From Dehalococcoidia bacterium (lineage in GTDB: Bacteria > Chloroflexota > Dehalococcoidia > UBA6926), in contig CBDCQG010000001.1 of assembly GCA_965220565.1 (NCBI GenBank), forward strand, positions 532,297-596,296: 64,000 nt of DNA. Direction: 5' to 3'. Positions 61,056-64,000 of this stretch are shown here, in pieces (positions within the stretch are counted from its first letter, which is position 1; each line of letters opens with the position of its first letter). Under the pieces are notes generated by a model, which saw only the letters and a list, made by a program, of their open reading frames with translations, was not told the origin of the DNA and did not search any database. A program made the position numbers and the translations under genes.

Positions 61056-61490
61056 ATGACGACTGAATACACAAAGCCCCTGCCGATCCCCGGCGGACTG
61101 CACGGAACGACGTTGGGCGACTTTACCAAGCCGTTCTGGGAGGCGACGAAGCGGCACGAGCTGGTGATCCAGCGTTGCCGCACGTGTGACAGGTTCTTCT
61201 TCTATCCGCGTGAGCTTTGCCCCACCTGCCTCTCCGACAATCTCGAATGGGCGCCGGTCTCGGGGCGTGGACGCGTCCACGCCTTCACCATCGTCTACCA
61301 GCCCAACGATCCCCGATTCAACGAGGACGTGCCCTATGTGTACGCCGTCATCCAACTTGATGAAGGCGCGCGCATGATCTCGAACGTCATCGACATCGAG
61401 CCACACGATGTCCAGGTTGACATGCCCGTCGTCGCCGTTTTTGAGGACATCACGCCTGAATGGACGCTGGTGAAATTCAAACCTGCGTGA
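61056..61490 (+). CDS. DUF35 zinc-ribbon/OB-fold protein (thiolase partner)
   Basis: PFWEA, CRTC...PR..CPTC, SGRG, PYV.A...LDEG. Confidence 0.93.
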   Translation: MTTEYTKPLPIPGGLHGTTLGDFTKPFWEATKRHELVIQRCRTCDRFFFYPRELCPTCLSDNLEWAPVSGRGRVHAFTIVYQPNDPRFNEDVPYVYAVIQLDEGARMISNVIDIEPHDVQVDMPVVAVFEDITPEWTLVKFKPA

Positions 61491-61497
61491 CTCGTCG

Positions 61498-62811
61498 ATG
61501 AGCGGCCCACCGGCCGCTGCGCTATCTACGCCGCCCACCGGGAATCGAACCGGATGGATTGTCATGTCCGCCCTCTGGGCGGTCGACGGCACGTCCACGG
61601 TGATGATCTTCCTGATCGGGCTGACGCTGCCGGAGATTCGCGATGAGTTCAACATCAGCCCTGTCCAGGAGGGCTACCTGGGGTCGGCGTTCTTTGTCGC
61701 GCTGACGACTCTCTCCCTGCCATCCGCGATCTGGATGTCCAGGTTCAGCCCGCGCCTCGTGACGCTGCTGGCCCTCATCGGCATGACCGTCACGGCAGTG
61801 CTGCAGGGCATCGCGCCGAACTACTGGATCCTGTTGGCGGCAAGGCTCATGTTCATGTATGCGCTTGTCTCCAGGACCCAGGCGGAAGTGATGCTCATCC
61901 AGCAGTGGTTCAGCGGCCCGCGCATCGCCACCCTGAACTCCATAACAGTCGCGAGCTTTGGCATTGGCCAACTGGCGGCAATCGGCCTCGTGCCGATACT
62001 CATGCCGCACGTCGGCGGCTGGCGGGGCATTCATCTCTTGCTTGCCGTCGTTTACGCCGCCGTTGCAATCATCTGGTTCATCGTCGGGCGTGAGCGTGCG
62101 TATCAGGATTCCTCCGCCGATGCCCCTCCAACCGCGCTGCGGGCCGACGGGACGCCGGGCGGCCCCGCCGGTGTGCTCAAGCGCCACCCAATTCTCTTTG
62201 TGATTGCCTCAACCCAGTTCGGCGGGGCGATGGCGTGGGCGACATTCGTCACGTTCTTCCCCACGTTTGCGCAGGAGGAGCACGGCCTGTCGCTGATCAC
62301 GGTGGGTTTGCTCTTCTCGGCATTCCCGATTGGCGGCACGATTGGCTCGCTCAGTGTTGGCCCCTTATCCAACTGGATCAGGCGGCGCAAACCGTTCATC
62401 TTCACCCAGGGATTCATCATGCCCGTTCTCTACCTGGCGATCCTGTCCATGGGCCCTGACAATCCACTGATATCATGGCTGCCCGATAGTTTCTTATCGT
62501 CTGATTCGTGGACGCTGGCATTACTGCCGTTCCTGGTTATCCAGGGAATGATGACGTCCTCCGTCGTGCCGATGATCATGACGGTTCCATTCGACATGCA
62601 ATTCAGACCGCGCGAAGTGGCCGTCGCCGTCGGCCTCATCAGAACCATCACGCCGCTCGGCTCCACCATCGGCCCGGTGCTTGCGGGCGTCCTTCAGGAG
62701 GGGACGGGCTCACTGGCAACGGCGTTGTTCATCGTGCTGCCCGTCTCCGTCACAGTTGGGCTGATCGGCATACTACTACCGGAATCACACCCGTCACGGC
62801 GAACCGGTTAA
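61498..62811 (+). CDS. MFS transporter
   Basis: About 12 hydrophobic segments, MFS-like loops. Confidence 0.87.
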   Translation: MSGPPAAALSTPPTGNRTGWIVMSALWAVDGTSTVMIFLIGLTLPEIRDEFNISPVQEGYLGSAFFVALTTLSLPSAIWMSRFSPRLVTLLALIGMTVTAVLQGIAPNYWILLAARLMFMYALVSRTQAEVMLIQQWFSGPRIATLNSITVASFGIGQLAAIGLVPILMPHVGGWRGIHLLLAVVYAAVAIIWFIVGRERAYQDSSADAPPTALRADGTPGGPAGVLKRHPILFVIASTQFGGAMAWATFVTFFPTFAQEEHGLSLITVGLLFSAFPIGGTIGSLSVGPLSNWIRRRKPFIFTQGFIMPVLYLAILSMGPDNPLISWLPDSFLSSDSWTLALLPFLVIQGMMTSSVVPMIMTVPFDMQFRPREVAVAVGLIRTITPLGSTIGPVLAGVLQEGTGSLATALFIVLPVSVTVGLIGILLPESHPSRRTG

Positions 62812-62816
62812 GCAGA

Positions 62817-62895
62817 TGTGGGGGCGCATCGCGATGCGCCCCCACAAGGTTCTTCTGGATTCCCGCTCACCCTGAGCTTGTCGAAGGGTTGAGCG
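62817..62895. repeat. 30-bp perfect palindrome (REP-like) plus a CACCCTGAGC..GTCGAAGGG repeat
   Basis: TGTGGGGGCGCATCG-CGATGCGCCCCCACA at 62817..62846 between convergent genes; second family at 62864..62895. Confidence 0.8.
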
Positions 62896-62912
62896 AGGTC
62901 TGACGATAGTTG

Positions 62913-63704
62913 CTATCGCCCCTTCCACTCCGGCGTGCGCCGCTCGGCAAAGGCGGCAGGGCCGACGGCGGCGTCCTCGCTGCCAAGCACCTTCGCGGTC
63001 AACTCCTGTGCGAACCTGTACGAGTACTCCGGCGGCATGCTGCGGCCCACGTATGCAATCTGCTTGATCGCCTGAACGGCCAACGGCGCGCAGAGCTTGA
63101 CCTCCTCCGCGATGCCCTCCGCTGCCTCCATCAGCGCGTCGCGATCCGGATGCACTTCCTGGATCAGGCCGATTCGCAGCGCAGTATCGGACATGATGCG
63201 GCTGCCCGTCAGCATCATCCGCAGCGCGTCGCCCGTCGGAACCATCCGCATCATGTGGTGCAGGCCGTAGGCGGGCATGATGCTCCAACGCGGCTCCGGC
63301 AGGCCGAACTGCGACTTCTCCGTTGCGAGACGGATATCGGTCTGCATGGCGAGCTCAAGGCCGCCCGCGACGCAATAGCCGTCGATGGCGGAGATGATTG
63401 GCTTCCAGACGTTGAGGTCCGGGATGAACCTCGAACCGGGCCCTCTCGATTCGAACTGAGATTTCCCTTCCGCCTGCCTGCCACTGACCTCTTTGAGATC
63501 TGCGCCGGCGGAGAATGCCCGGCCGCCCGCGCCGGTGAGGATCGCAACCAGCAGATCGTCATCGTCGCGGAAATCGCTCCAGATCTCGTAGAGGCGCGCG
63601 CCCACCGCGGAATTCAGCGCGTTCATCGCCTCCGGTCGATTCAACGTCACGTAAGCGATGCGATTCCGCTTTTCGTATAGGACAACGTCTGATGAACCTG
63701 TCAT
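62913..63704 (-). CDS. enoyl-CoA hydratase/isomerase family protein
   Basis: LNRPEAMNAL, FSAGADL, AGGLELA, FGLPE, AFAERRTPEWKGR. Confidence 0.93.
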   Translation of the reverse strand: MTGSSDVVLYEKRNRIAYVTLNRPEAMNALNSAVGARLYEIWSDFRDDDDLLVAILTGAGGRAFSAGADLKEVSGRQAEGKSQFESRGPGSRFIPDLNVWKPIISAIDGYCVAGGLELAMQTDIRLATEKSQFGLPEPRWSIMPAYGLHHMMRMVPTGDALRMMLTGSRIMSDTALRIGLIQEVHPDRDALMEAAEGIAEEVKLCAPLAVQAIKQIAYVGRSMPPEYSYRFAQELTAKVLGSEDAAVGPAAFAERRTPEWKGR

Positions 63705-64000
63705 GGCTATCTGCTCCTTTTGGCTTTGCAGCCGCTCCCCAATAGACCCTCAAAAGGGACGGTAGCGAGCCGCCCGCCAACCGTCAACCACAGTTCGATG
63801 CCGTATTGTAGATAGTGCGATGGTCTTCTTGTTGCAATCCTTGTTTAGTCGTGGCCCACTGCGATCCTTCCAGACAGGCGACTATACCCTGTTCTGGTTG
63901 TCGTCCGTTGCCGCAATCATGTCCCACATGATGCTCCTCCTCTTCCGGGGGTGGGTCGTGCTTGAACTAACGGATTCGCCTGAACTTGTCGCCGCCGCCG

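Noticed and set aside
63780-64000. Short minus-strand ORF (MWDMIAATDDNQNRV) after a GAGGAGG motif at the window end
   Set aside because: It cannot be distinguished from the tail of a gene starting outside the window, so there is not enough evidence.

Overview
GC-rich bacterial chromosomal segment, most likely from a Chloroflexota (Dehalococcoidia/SAR202-like) genome. This taxonomy is inferred from gene content and style only. Plant-type LRR and TPR proteins hint at a host-associated, possibly sponge-symbiont, lifestyle. Most of the window is housekeeping: dnaE, dnaJ-hspR-clp, his genes, ilvE, hom-thrC-folE, rpsF-ssb-rpsR, glyA, comEA/comEC, rph, fabL, rarA, gatA/gatC, tmk, a TPP riboswitch with thiBPQ and thiN, and moxR-DUF58-transglutaminase. 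Four features stand out. (1) A 2,922-bp IS1595-family element with 25-bp perfect inverted repeats and an 8-bp target duplication splits comEC. It carries a DNA methyltransferase whose C-terminal HNH nuclease is out of frame at a G11 tract, and an unannotated non-canonical 8/4 allo-tRNA-like gene with a GCG anticodon, long variable arm and G73. (2) Two genes have in-frame UGA codons followed by SECIS-like hairpins: ogt (PCHRV becomes PUHRV) and a thiolase-fold protein that lacks the canonical Cys/His and is paired with a DUF35 protein. The latter is a candidate new selenoprotein family. (3) An mshA-like glycosyltransferase clusters with two PIG-L deacetylases and a CelD/Fem-like GNAT, with no mshC in the window. 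(4) Several families of short palindromic repeats occur, some translated inside genes.
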